Positions 1-11,825 of a stretch of DNA of 64,000 bases are shown here, piece after piece (position 1 is the stretch's first letter; the number at the start of each line of letters is the position of its first letter). Both the position numbers and the translations under genes were made by a program. Where the stretch lies: contig NC_086110.1 in assembly GCF_963921235.1 (NCBI RefSeq), forward strand, positions 13,640,001-13,704,000, given 5' to 3'. The stretch comes from Mobula hypostoma (Eukaryota). The notes beneath the pieces are model-generated. The model did no database searches. It was not told the origin of the DNA and saw nothing but the letters and a program-made list of their open reading frames with translations.

Positions 1-3000
1 CAACCCCGGGCCTCCAATGACCCCCATACAGACACTTCCCTGAATTCTTTAGATCTACCCAACCTCATGGATTTACAAAATGAATGCCTATTAGAACCAA
101 TAACTGCCAAAGAACTGAAAGCGGCCGTCTCTGATTAAAGGCTGGAGAATCTCCAGGCTCAGATGGGTTTACCTCAGAGTGGTACAAATCGCTGAAGACT
201 CAGCTAGTTCCATTATTACTCAACACCTTTAATTGGATCTTGCAGAGGGGAGAAATTCCAGATGATTCACGGGGGGGGGGGTGCGGGGGGCAACGGCTTG
301 GTGCGAAACGGGTTAATACAATTAAGGTGCCCAATATTTAAGTGTGTATTGATTAGTTGGGAGGGGTGAAATGTCGACTGGCATGTGGTGTGTCTACCGA
401 CCAGGTAGAGGGCAGTGCTGAGCCGTGACAGTCGCGGCTCTCTGGAAACAAACTACAAATTACTTACATCTATATTAGCGTGTAGACTGTACAAGCTTCT
501 ACCTGGCCTCATCCACTTAGACCAGACTGGATTCATTCAGCAAAACAAAATCAGGACAACATAAGGAGAACTTTACACCAACTGGAACAGGTTTTTAAGA
601 ACGGGACAGAGAAAGTGATGTTGGGATTAGACGCTGAGAAAGCTTTTGATTCAGTTAGTTGGGTATTGCTTTAGAGAATGTTAGGAAGATTCGGCTTTCA
701 GGAAAGTTTATTAAAGTAATCCAGACTTTATATGACAGCCCTGCAGCTCTAATTAAGATAAATGGAGACCTCTCTAACTCTTTTATTTTGGAGAGAGGAA
801 CTAGACAGGGATACCCAATTTCGCATCTCATTTTTGTATTAAACATTGAACCTCTTGCCCAACAAGTAAGACAGAGCGAAATTGTGAAAGGTATCAAGGT
901 GGCAGGGATTGAAAAGAAAATGGCGCTATTCGCAGATGGAGTTTTAGTCTATTTGAGTGAACCAGAAAAATCATTTAGAGGATTGATTACACTGTTGGAC
1001 GAGTTCGGGAATATATCAATTTATACAATTAATGTAAAGAAAACACAGGTTTTGTCCTTAAATTATACAGCATCAAAAAACTGCAGGATACATATGATCT
1101 TAAGTGAGAAGCTAAATCATTAAAATATTTAGGAATAACCCTGCCAAAAGATCTTTCAACATTGTCACAGGTAAATTAATTTCAGAGATAAATGCAGGTA
1201 TACATAGGTGGAAACTTATCCCCTTTTTAAGTTTAAATTCAACGATAAATACCATAAAATGAATATTCTCCCTCGTTTACTTAACCTTTTCCGGGTTTTA
1301 CCTGCGGAGGTGGACGATAATCAATTTAAAGAATGGGACAAATGGATTTCCCGCTTTTTCTGGCAAGGGAAAAAAAAACCTAGAATCCGATTTAACACCT
1401 TACAGTTAGGAAAGGAAGGAGGAGGTATGGCATTTTCTTGTTTGAGAAATTATTTTTGTGCTTCACGGATAACCCCTCTGTTATATTGGTGCAATAGTGT
1501 ATATAGGGCTAGATGGAAGGAAATAGAATTTGGATTGATTGACAGTTTTCCTCTACAAGCCTCAATAGCGAACAAAGGATTGATGGCCCAATTGGAAAAG
1601 ATTAAAAACAGCTGCATAAATCTCATATTGAAAGTATGGCAGAAGGTGGCTAATTCATCTGGAATTAATAACATACAAAACTTTTCAAATGGTGTGGTTA
1701 TGATACCGAATTTCCTCCCAGCAGAGGAGACAAAAGATTTGAACTGTGGATCAGGAAAGGACTTACAACCTACCTCTTATTCACACATAAAAGTGTATTG
1801 CAAAGTTTCCAATCCCTGCAGGACAAACATGGCCTAGAAAAGAATGACTTTTCAGGTACCTTCAAGTACGACATCATGTTAACCAGAGTTGTAGATATAC
1901 AGACTTATCAACAGTAGGATTAGAATTTTTTCAAAATTCACAATTCGGCTTACAGTTCAATACTAAGTAAATCAGTTTCTCGATTATATAATGCCCTCTC
2001 ACATGCCAGAAAGAAAAGGAAACACATTGTATATTAAAGAGAAGTGGGAGAAAATGCAGTGTTGGTACTTTCAGAGGAGGCTGGGGAAAAACTATGCAAC
2101 TTCCAGTGGTCTTCGACTAACTCTTTGATTTGTAGAGAACCTTGTTGGAAAAATATTATAAGATACTTCAAGACGCTATACCAGGAAAAAATATAATGTA
2201 TTGGGTGGGCACAGGAATACACTCAGCCAGAGACTCATTCTACTGAGATGCAGCACAGAGAGACATAGGAAGGCATTCCTCCCTGTGGCCATCAAACTTT
2301 ACAACTCCTCCCTTGGAGGGTCAGACACCCTGAGCCAATAGGCTGGTCCTGTACCATTTCATAATTTACTGGCATAATTTACATATTACTATTTAACTAT
2401 TTATGGTTCTATTACTATTTATTATTTATGGTGCAACTGTAACGAAAACCAATTTCCCCCGGGATCAATAAAGTATGACTATGACTACTATGACTAATAT
2501 AAAGACACAAACGTGTCGTGTTGAAGAAGGTGTGGCTCCAAGGAGGCAAATCATTTCCATATTTTTTAGGATTGCCCTAAATTACGTTTATATTGTGAAG
2601 GTATTCACAGAACATTAATTAAGGTATTTAAGACTCAGATAACTCTGAACTTTGAGGCATGTATTGTTTTTTGAAACTCAAGAAAGATATAAAGCTGCTG
2701 CATGCCTTTTTAAAGGCAAGTAAGAAATCAATCGCCAGAAAGTGGTTAAATCCAACATCACCTACAGCAGAAGATTGGCATGAAATCATTTTAGAAATAT
2801 TTAACATGGAAAAGATGACCTAATCACAGAGAATTCAAAAGAAAAAAAATCAAATCGGCAATAAATGGATTGAATTTATAACCACAGAGCGATCAGACTT
2901 TAGATGACTCTCCTAATGGTTTATACTGTTTAATGCAGCAACATAGTAATAATGTTAACGTAAGGACCCTTCGCTCAAATATCTACCGATTTTTTTTTTT

Positions 3001-3330
3001 TTTTTGGAAAATGTGGAATTAATACAAGTAAAGAAAAGATCTGTGGAAATTTTGGACCAGAAGAGACACATGAAAATTAATATTCAACCTCTATTATTAA
3101 TATTTTGTAACAACTATTATCATTATTTAGTTTAATAGCGTGGAATTACAATTGCACATAAACATCTATTTGATTGTCTAATTATTTTCTCTTTGATCTC
3201 AATGTGCACTTGTGAATGTACAAATTAATATAGATTTACTCACATAAAAATAGAAAAGGTTATGTATGAAAAAAAGTTTGTGTATTACTTGTGAATACCT
3301 TATCCAAATAAAAATAAAAGAAAAAATAAG
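1..3330 (+). mobile_element. L1-clade LINE, 3' part (degenerate ORF2 RT, C-terminal Cys-rich region, 3' UTR); interrupted at ~270-450 and 2222-2496
   Basis: ORFs 659-1123 and 1208-1837 read as L1 RT (LERGTRQGYPISHLIF, LFADGVLVYL, KMNILPRLLNLFRVLP); DAEKAFDSV motif at ~630; CGSKEANHFHIF near 2530; frameshifts and stops. Confidence 0.9.
2222..2496 (+). mobile_element. Rex1/Babar-type LINE 3' end inserted in the L1
   Basis: Reads TERHRKAFLPVAIKLYNSS, then caatttcccccgggatcaataaag and a (tatgac)n tail. Confidence 0.7.
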
Positions 3331-3474
3331 AAAAAAAAGGAATGATTGGGTCTGTGCAATAGACCGGAAGAGGAGATTCCGACTGAGCATATCAGACATT
3401 ATCACCTTGAACGGCCGGGCAGTAGACAGGGACGGAATGGCTTGTTGGTGTTCTTTTAATTTTCTTTCTTTTAT

Positions 3475-3480
3475 TTTATT
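3475..3480 (-). terminator. Candidate polyadenylation signal of the Ig-superfamily receptor gene
   Basis: AATAAA on the minus strand ~165 nt after the stop at 3643. Confidence 0.4.
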
Positions 3481-3642
3481 TTATGACAATTGTCTCTAAT
3501 GAATCGGAAAAATAACCATTTATCTTGCCAATTGTTACATGTGATATCCGTCTTCGATGAATGCAAGAAACGAAACGCAGCGATGCTCTGGCCTGCACTC
3601 ATCGATAATCTATAGCTCTGAACCGCAATTGGATTCTCAGCT

Positions 3643-3774
3643 TCACAGCTTCTTTGATGTATTTACATCTGCGTATAATGTATGTTTGCTTTGATCTTTG
3701 GATGCCGGTGCGTATTTCGAATCGGGAATCTGCAGAGCGACATAAGTCAGTTTGTCAGCTCCACTTCCAGTAGT
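3643..3774 (-). CDS. Terminal cytoplasmic exon: TTGSGADKLTYVALQIPDSKYAPASKDQSKHTLYADVNTSKKL* (ITIM LTYVAL, ITSM TLYADV)
   Basis: Acceptor ttttgcattaatttcacag, phase 0, 44 codons ending TGA; absent from the ORF track because it is short. Confidence 0.8.
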   Translation of the reverse strand, partial: TTGSGADKLTYVALQIPDSKYAPASKDQSKHTLYADVNTSKKL

Positions 3775-4325
3775 CTGTGAAATTAATGCAAAATCAGTGG
3801 TCAGTCGAGCACCTAGTGACTAATTGAATCACACGATTGTAAAATAATTTAGAGATGTACTCATAAGTAATGAACTTTAGGTTGCTTTCACTTTGTATAC
3901 AATTTATGTCAATGTTGTTTCAAGATTTCACTTTATGATTTATATATTAGAGTTTCTTTCCTTACTTAAAAAGAACTTTAACCAAATCAAGTTAGGACAG
4001 CAAAGAAATTCTTGAAGTAGCAGTAATGGTACAAACTAACTGGCTAACTTATAATAACATCGCATATTCTGTCATTTGAGTCTGATTACCGCATCCTGTT
4101 TCATCTCTAGAGATCACAGGTGTTTACTCAGCTACACCTGCCAACGCAGTTCCAAATGCACATGGGCGTTGTCGTCAATGGACAGCGCATAACTGATAGA
4201 ACTGTTATGCAGCTGATAATGGGCGTTGGGATGGACGACATACCCAGTTTCGTGCTATTTGGCGTTTCCTCACGTGAAAATTACATGTGAAATTAAATTC
4301 GTAAAGGAAAGGAAAAAGTAATCTC

Positions 4326-5520
4326 TAGAGATTCTGCAGATGTTGGAAATCTTGAAGACTGCAAACAACATACTGAAGGAAATCATTAGGTAAGACAACA
4401 TGCAAGTAGGTAAATGAACTGCCGGTTGTTTCTGGCAAAGACGCTTTATCGGGATTGGAAAAAAAGGGGCCAGAACCTAGAATATAAACTATGGCGGGGG
4501 TGCGGGAAAAATAGCAGGTGACAGGTGAAACCAGGTAAATGCTAAGGTATGTGCATGATTGGTGAAAGAATGACGTAAGAAGCTGGGAGGTGACGGGTGG
4601 AAAAGGTAAACCGTGTTTAATGGGTTTCTCCTTTATGATACTGTTTAGGCTAATCAAAATGGTTTCTTTGTTATGTTACTGCTGAGAAAGTGCTTCTCTC
4701 TCTCGCAGTTTGTTTGGGTTATAAAGAAAATTGTATTCATTTGCTAACCAATTGGGATATATGCTATTCTTTCTTGTGTGTACGTAAGCTACTGTTTTCG
4801 CGGGCTTTGGGCGAGAATGCGCTGTGGGGACAGAGACAGGAGACGCGATGTTGTAAATTTAGCGGCGGGACGGACCCCGAGTGGGAGTCCGAGGCCCGGG
4901 GTCTTCGGCGAGGAGAGGAGACGAAGACAGACTCGTGTGTAGCGTCTGGTCGCCACCGTGGTTGGTCCCAGGCGGCGGTTCGAGGAGAGGATCGAACGGT
5001 GGAAAGAAGACTACCTTAGCTGAGCTCCAACTGTTGAGCACGAAGTAGTTGAGCTTTGAGAGGTTTGGCGCCTTTTACTTCCATTTTTTTTATTTCTATT
5101 AATTACATAGTTCCAGTAACATCTATAAAGTGTAATCAGTTAATCACATATGGTGTATGGTCTGTTATTTGGCGGGGTGGGGTACATCACACAGCATCCA
5201 CACAAACTAGATTACCCAGCTTGGCGGGGCCGAACACTGCTCCCCCTAGACGAAAGCGAGCTGAGCGAGCCTGAGGCTTAGCAGGAGGCTACACGTGTCT
5301 GAAGGAATCGGATACGGAAGGACTGTGGTCCCTGCAAAGCAAAAGAAGGAGGAGCCCGAGGGTGGGCACAGCCTGATGAGCACATGACGAGAAGAGAAAA
5401 TGTGAAATGCAGAATAAAGGAAAAAGAACGGAATGATAGGGAAATTCCCATAGGTTAGAGAAATCGAAGTTTATGCCTTCAGGTTGGAGTTTCCCGAGAT
5501 GGAAGAAAATATTATGCTTT
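4326..5520 (-). mobile_element. Old Penelope terminal-repeat remnant split by a solo LTR
   Basis: Degenerate match to the Penelope end at 47900-48350 (attctgcagatgttggaaatc; ttagagaaatcgaagtttatgccttcaggttggag). Confidence 0.6.
4616..5293 (+). mobile_element. Solo LTR in the last intron, antisense to the gene
   Basis: 4-bp TSD CGTG (4612-4615 / 5294-5297); ends GCTACA; shares blocks (aaaatggYttctttgttatgtt, tgagctccaactgttgWgcacgaag) with the LTR at 25142-25757. Confidence 0.75.
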
Positions 5521-5731
5521 TACCACAATATTAAATTGTATGAGGAGATAGGCTACTTTTCACTGAAAGGGGATTAGCTATGACGCGTTTTATATTTTGT
5601 TACAGTGTCAGTGGTATGCTTAAGTTTGTAAAATTAACTTCCTCTTGGATGATGATTTTATATATGAACCCTTTGGGGTACTCCGGTTTCCAACCAGATT
5701 CCAAAGACTTAGCGGTTAGGATGTCAATTGA

Positions 5732-5953
5732 TCACATGGGTGTTACTGAGCTGCATGGGCTAATTGTACCGGAAGAGCCTGTAACTGTGCTACATCTCTG
5801 ACGTAAGTCTATATCATAATCATGCTGATCTCCCTGCTTTACCTGGGAATAGATAACGCGCTCCTCCGGTTGTCGATCTTTGCGAAATCGTTTGCTGACG
5901 CTGTGGTTTAGTGAAGCGTAGGCAGTGGTGTGCTCAACCGGTGCTTGTTCAGC
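5732..5953 (-). CDS. Cytoplasmic exon AEQAPVEHTTAYASLNHSVSKRFRKDRQPEERVIYSQ; either splices at 5843 or reads through VKQG...TPM* to 5732
   Basis: Acceptor atatttttttctaacag, phase 0; TAYASL (5926-5909) and VIYSQV (5857-5840); internal donor CAG|GTAAAG at 5843. Confidence 0.85.
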   Translation of the reverse strand, partial: AEQAPVEHTTAYASLNHSVSKRFRKDRQPEERVIYSQVKQGDQHDYDIDLRQRCSTVTGSSGTISPCSSVTPM

Positions 5954-7559
5954 CTGTTAGAAAAAAATATTTAATACAGCTAACTGAGACGGAACTTAGT
6001 GATCATAAACTAAATTAGAGTTGTAAAACCGAGGATAAAAAAATATGTTGGAATAACATTTTGTCTGCGCACAATGATACTGTCCATACATTATACCGGA
6101 GGTGCGATCTCGACCGTTTCAGGCTGGAAATCGCTATGTTTAGATTTTCAGAACACCGCTTATAACAGTCCTAGGGAGAGGATGGTGTTCTCAGTTCTGG
6201 CCATCTCTGTTTTCTTCATCTCCTAAATCCTATCTCTTACATCGCTTTAAATTCTGTGCATGGGCACAGGCCTATCTTGGCACAGGTTCTATCTTTTACG
6301 CATGCGTCGCATTATTGTACTCATTGTCCTAATCAGAATTCGTCTGAAACTCTGACCCTTACCGCTCATATTATTTAAGTTAAGGATATTGGAACAAATG
6401 GCAAGTCCTGATGCTAAGTGTCGCTTAACTCAAGCCCATAACACGGGAGCGGCATCCTGGGCTTCTGTTGATTTCATTGGTTTTCCTGGTAAATCACTTA
6501 AACTGCGATCGAAGTAGGTAGAGCCAATGGACGTAGTCGTTGCAGTAAATGATAAAAATGGTAATTGCTTTGCTGAAATAATGGCATAGCATTCCAGAGT
6601 AATAAAGTAACAGTAAAAATGTAATCATAAATGCTTCAGCTTCAACTTAAATATTACTGTAAGAAGTAGCCCTAAATTTCTGGAAGTTTTACAAACACTG
6701 CTAGAAATTTTAGCGGTATTCTACCATTATGAAATCAGTGATGTGTGCATGACTACCTTATCTTAGCTGCTGCAGTCGCTTCATTTGCACCTGAAGTCTT
6801 TAGGTAAAATTAAAACGAAATTTGTTGAACTGGGGAAAGTGATTAATGAAACACTAGAAGACAAATGTTATCAGGAGAATGAATCCAGGCAGAAAAAAAA
6901 ACATTGAAGTGCGGGAAACATGAAGTAAAACAGAGAAATAGAATACAGAAAATTTTTGTAGATCAGGAAACACCAGTTAAACAGAAATAGTTAACGTTCA
7001 CTTTGCATTCTGCGGTCGTCAATCTAGAGTGTCAACTGGTTCCCTTTCCAAAATCGGTCGGTAGCTACAGATTATTTTCTGCTTTGAATCCAAATGGGAG
7101 AGGACAATACTTTTATCCGTTTTAGGCTTTGCTTCCCAAATTGAGGATGATAATCATTCAGCGTAGCATCGTGAACTAGAAGGTGTCATGTGGGGTTTCG
7201 TTTAACATGCGGTTATCATTGTTCACCACATACTACAAGGTCTTGTTGCAAGTATATTCGATGCCATTGCAGGTTACGCACTGCTGTGCGTATCTTTTTG
7301 CAGATCGGGGTTAAAACTATTTAATATTGCAAGAACCATTTCAATAAAACAAGATTCCGTTACATTTTTACCTTGATGCTGTCCGTCAGTCAAATATAAC
7401 ATACATTACGAATTGATTCGTGCACGTACGGTACTTTCCCATTGTCCAGTCAACTGTGATTCTCGTAAACTAGCATTAAGTAGTTTCTCACACTCTCAGA
7501 TATGTGTTGAATTACTCGTCAAAACAACTTACCTTTCAATGGTAAATATTACCGTTCAC

Positions 7560-7594
7560 CTGGCAATCCAACCGGTTATGAACTGGTCTGGAAC
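7560..7594 (-). CDS. Cytoplasmic mini-exon B: (G)SRPVHNRLDCQ
   Basis: Acceptor cttcctgtaacctttcaag, donor CAG|gtgaac; 35 nt, phase 1 to 0. Confidence 0.65.
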
Positions 7595-7787
7595 CTTGAA
7601 AGGTTACAGGAAGCAGATGCAAGGAGAATATTCAAATAAATCTTGGATGCATACTTGAAAATAAATAATTGACGGGGAAAATTGTTTTATTTTCCCCACC
7701 ACGCTCCAAAGTGTTATGCAATAAAATACATTCATAATATCTTTGCTTTGCAAATATCCCGCTCTGAAACAAGACGAGTCACTTCAC

Positions 7788-7835
7788 CTACCGGGTCTTC
7801 ATTCTGACATCCCTCCAAAGAATTTGTGTTACCCC
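7788..7835 (-). CDS. Cytoplasmic mini-exon A: (G)GNTNSLEGCQNEDPV
   Basis: Acceptor tttgttctcttttctgaag; donors CCG|gtaggt (7792, phase 0) or TAG|gtgaag (7788, phase 1). Confidence 0.6.
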   Translation of the reverse strand, partial: GVTQILWRDVRMKTR

Positions 7836-8476
7836 CTTCAGAAAAGAGAACAAAAATAAATGATTTGCATTGTAAACACTGAACATTATTCATTTGATAC
7901 CAATCGAATTAATACTGTAAGTGGAACTGCTGAAGGTACGGATCTTGCAGAAAATATTTGTTGGTAACAGTCGTGCTAATATACTGTGTTCGCATTAAGT
8001 TGGTGCTAAGCTCAAAAGGCATTGACTTCCAACGAGGTTGTAAAGTTATCATAGCATAACAGCGGCGGTGCTGTATTTAAGTATGGCAAACAAAATGGAA
8101 ATTAAAAGCAATGAGACGTGCATAAGTTGGTCAATGTTCTTTGCACAATCAGAGGGAATTTAGATATACGCCAAGACGTTAATGTTTCAAAATACGGATC
8201 TACCATTGTATGGAAAAGACATTTGAAGAACTCCAAAGGGATATAACGGCATTCATAAATGAGATATGAAATACTTCCAGTGGAATGGTGAAATAGTTAA
8301 ATTTTAAGATCAGGCATGTATTGTGACAGAATATTATCACTGAAATCCGACTTCGAAAATCGTGATCCATGTCCAATCATTCTGTAAATGTCATTTACTG
8401 TTTTGAAGTTAAATAACATCAAAGCTTCTATTTTATACGAATAGAGGTGATGTTTAGAAGCGATCAGTTTCCTTAC

Positions 8477-8575
8477 CGTGTGATCTCTTTAACTTCAGTC
8501 TCAGCGAAAGTATTATCAGAATTAAAATTGCCGATCCGCCCGCTGCACATTCGAGAATCAATATGGTATCAGCGC
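8477..8575 (-). CDS. Transmembrane exon: (G)ADTILILECAAGGSAILILIILSLRLKLKRSH
   Basis: Acceptor ggtttctttttcaag, donor G|gtaagg, 99 nt, phase 1-1; hydrophobic run followed by basic stop-transfer RLKLKR. Confidence 0.88.
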
Positions 8576-9827
8576 CTTGAAAAAGAAACCGTGAACCATT
8601 CATACAACTAAACATAAATCCACACATGACAATCAATAGTGCAAACTATTTTTTAGGCTCCTTTCAAATCTCACCACACAATGATTGGAAAAAACATAGA
8701 ATATACAATATAGAACAAAGATATCCGATTTTTAGTTTCTCCAGACACATACGAGCTATTTTCTGAGACTAAGAATAGGCTCGGCTGCATCTTCCTATAC
8801 TTCTCTTGACAATAGATATCAGCAAAACTATAGAACGTGTAAACATCAAACCAGATACGAATCTGATCTCGATTCAACCGGTTAAATCATGTCTGTCACG
8901 AAGATTCTTTCGTATGATCAAAACCTAAAGGTAACTCGCTGACTCGCCACAGGAGTCCCGGTGCAGCAACAATTCGCTTCCGCATTACATGCTGAAATTA
9001 CTCGTTAACTTCATGAGTTTATAACACTGTACTCTCTAAGTCTCCTGAATGTGCATCGAGCATATTAAACGTATATTCCGACTGTTATGGTTTCCACAGG
9101 TTTAGGAGTGACAAACCCGAGTTCATGGAAAACTGCGTAATGAAAACATAGACCAAACTCGAGTCATCCATTTGAATTGTGTTGCCTACTATTATTGGAA
9201 GGTATTACGCGGAGACTAAATTTTGACAAAGTCTGTCCACAGTTTCGCTCCCTATGCATTCGTGTCAGGTGGCAATTAAGTGTCACGCCTCAGTGTTCAG
9301 GAATTCCTATCTTGATTCAGATTTTGCTCCATCTCCACATTTTTTCCGGTAAAGCTATGTCAATTAAGTACACCTTCGCTCATCAGCAGATGGTTTCCCC
9401 CGTTGTTATATCACCATGAGTTTCAGAGTTTGTTTTACTTTGCCTCATCTTTGACTAATATCCAGAATTTTGTTAGCTTACAAGTACTACACGAATTTAA
9501 TTTCTTAATTCATCCAACACGATTTAAAATGAGGGTATAAGAAATTTGTTTGTAACACCATTCACATTGAATGTTTACTGCAAACAAGTAATCTTAAAAT
9601 TTCGCCCTTCTCTGTTTGGTTAGCTATTCCGCCCCTGTTCTTAACCAGGTTTGATCTACCCACCTGTATCGTTTCAAACTTCTCGGAACGCTAGAGATTC
9701 TGAAAGTGTTGAAAACTCAGAGTAGCACATAAAATACTGAAGGTACGCAGCAGATCAGGAGAGGAATAAAGTAACGACGTTTAGATCCGAGACCTGATGT
9801 CAGGACGCAATCAAGACACCATCTTAC

Positions 9828-10121
9828 CTTGCTCCAGGATGTGGCTGAAACAAGCAGGCACCGTGAGGGAGACATGCAACACCAGACAGATGTAAACATC
9901 TTTTCCCCAAGCAGACTGATTAATTTCCAATAAACTGTAAGCCTCATATAAACCCTCCGCCGTCCGGTTAATATCTGTTTTTATTCCAGTGAGAATTTGC
10001 CTGTTATTTTTTTGCCAGACGATTTGTAATTCCTTCGGGTAGAAGGCAGCTGTTTTACAAAGGAGCTTCCGAGGAGACGAAAACTCTGCAATAGGAACGA
10101 TTTCCAATGGAGTTGGGGGAG
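9828..10121 (-). CDS. Ig C1-set domain exon
   Basis: LLCKTAAFYPKELQIVWQKN...GLYEAYSLLEI...YICLVLHVSL (C-x4-FYP, W, YxC-x3-H); acceptor ctctttttattcaag, donor G|gtaaga; 294 nt, phase 1-1. Confidence 0.92.
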
Positions 10122-10261
10122 CTTGAATAAAAAGAGAGTTATATTGGGTGTTACCATCCATTTAGTTCAAATAAATTCCTTTATCTTCCCGTCAATTACA
10201 ATGACATCTCACTATCAAATTAGTTACCCGCCATAGGTTCACAGCATTTTATAAATTATTT

Positions 10262-10570
10262 TAAGTTCAAGTTCAAGTTCATAGTTAATAAACCACACAG
10301 ATGTACATGGCTAAATGAAACATCCTTCTTTATACTTTATACTATATACTTACATTGTCTTCTGGGGTCAACTGCAAAATGCAGTCCATGTATTCACACA
10401 CAGCACGTGCAGTCACCATCCGGCAGATCCAGTGAAAAATAAACGAAGCAAAATCGAGGCACCGTGCAGAGACAGATGAAAGGAAGAATTCGAAGAAGGC
10501 AGCGAGAAGGCGAATCGAAGGGGTGAAAGGTGAGAAAGACCTTCTGTTTTGAATGGTCTTTCAGCTTTAC
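10262..10570 (-). mobile_element. Non-autonomous SINE-like repeat with (ttgaac)n tail
   Basis: aagttcaagttcaagttc tail and body resembling other copies in the window. Confidence 0.4.
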
Positions 10571-11389
10571 CACATGATTCTCTTTGCGGCAGCGCGTTGG
10601 CTTTGGAAAATATTCCTTTCTGCATTTTTTTTTAGTTCCAATAAAAACTGACCGATAAAACCCAAAATATACAGATGTCCACACTACGAACGCAAGAAGC
10701 TCTTGCAAATTGGTTTAATATTCTGGCGACTCATTTGTTCAGGTAGCTTTTCAGAGCTTACGTTGGAGCTTTCCAGTTATAAACATTCACTGATAGAGTT
10801 TTCCTCGGAATGTATATCATTGCTAGAAAATTTCTCCCGCATCTAATGTGTTGAATTTGGCAAATCATACCCTCCATGAAACAACTAGGAACGGGAAAGC
10901 GGAGATGATGTTAAACGCATTTATTCTACATTTCTATTCTTTCATAAACCTGTCGGCCTGCAGCAAAATGGTCGAAAATGACCTGGCACTGCTATACGAA
11001 CGATGGTGCCCTGCAGAGAGGCAACCGAGGAACTGAACGAACTCCGCTTCTCCCTACAGAGATTTCACTGAAAGATAAGCCCAAAATTCACGATTTTGTA
11101 AACTTGGACCGCTTCCGCTGCAACTATGGTCCGTATCTAACTTAGGAAAGTCTATTTTCAGATTTCTTTATAAATATTTCACAACATTTAGCATTTCACT
11201 CTGCCTACAATGGCCATCCTGAGATCACGGTTGCCCCCACAGCACTGCCATGGACCATATACAGATGGCAGATGTTTATGTGCTTGTTGCCATGAGGCAA
11301 ATTAGTTTGTATAAATCCTCATGGCCCGAGATGGAGTCCCATCCGAAGTCTTGGGAGGCTCGTGCATAATTTGAAGGTGCCTTGATAGA

Positions 11390-11825
11390 GGTATTCAAAA
11401 TATCCTGACCCACGGGTGAGGAGCCGGAGGACTGGATATGACTAATGTTTTTTAGGTGTTCAAGAAAAGTTCTAAGAAGACGCTGGGATCTTTTAGGCTG
11501 GTAAGACTGACGATTGTAAATGATAACTTGTTACAAATATTCCAAGTGACAAGATACATAACTATTTAGATAGAAGGTGGAATAGCCATCAGGATTTTGT
11601 GCATGGTAAGTAGTGTCTGGCTAATCTTGAAGAGCTTATCGAGGAGTTTACCAGAGATCATGTTGAAGGAAATGCAGGGGATGTTGTCTACGTGGCAATC
11701 CCTTAGGCAAAGTCCGTAATGAGAGGCTGATCAAGAAGGTTCGGTTGGCATTCATGATGTAGTAGTAAACTGCATTCAACATTGGCTTGGCGGGAAAGCC
11801 AGGGAGTGGTTGTCGACGGCTGCGG
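11390..11825 (+). mobile_element. Ancient CR1 RT fragment in the V-C1 intron
   Basis: Degenerate match to RT segments of younger CR1 copies (gaggactggatatgactaatgtt; ggatgttgtctacgtgg). Confidence 0.6.
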
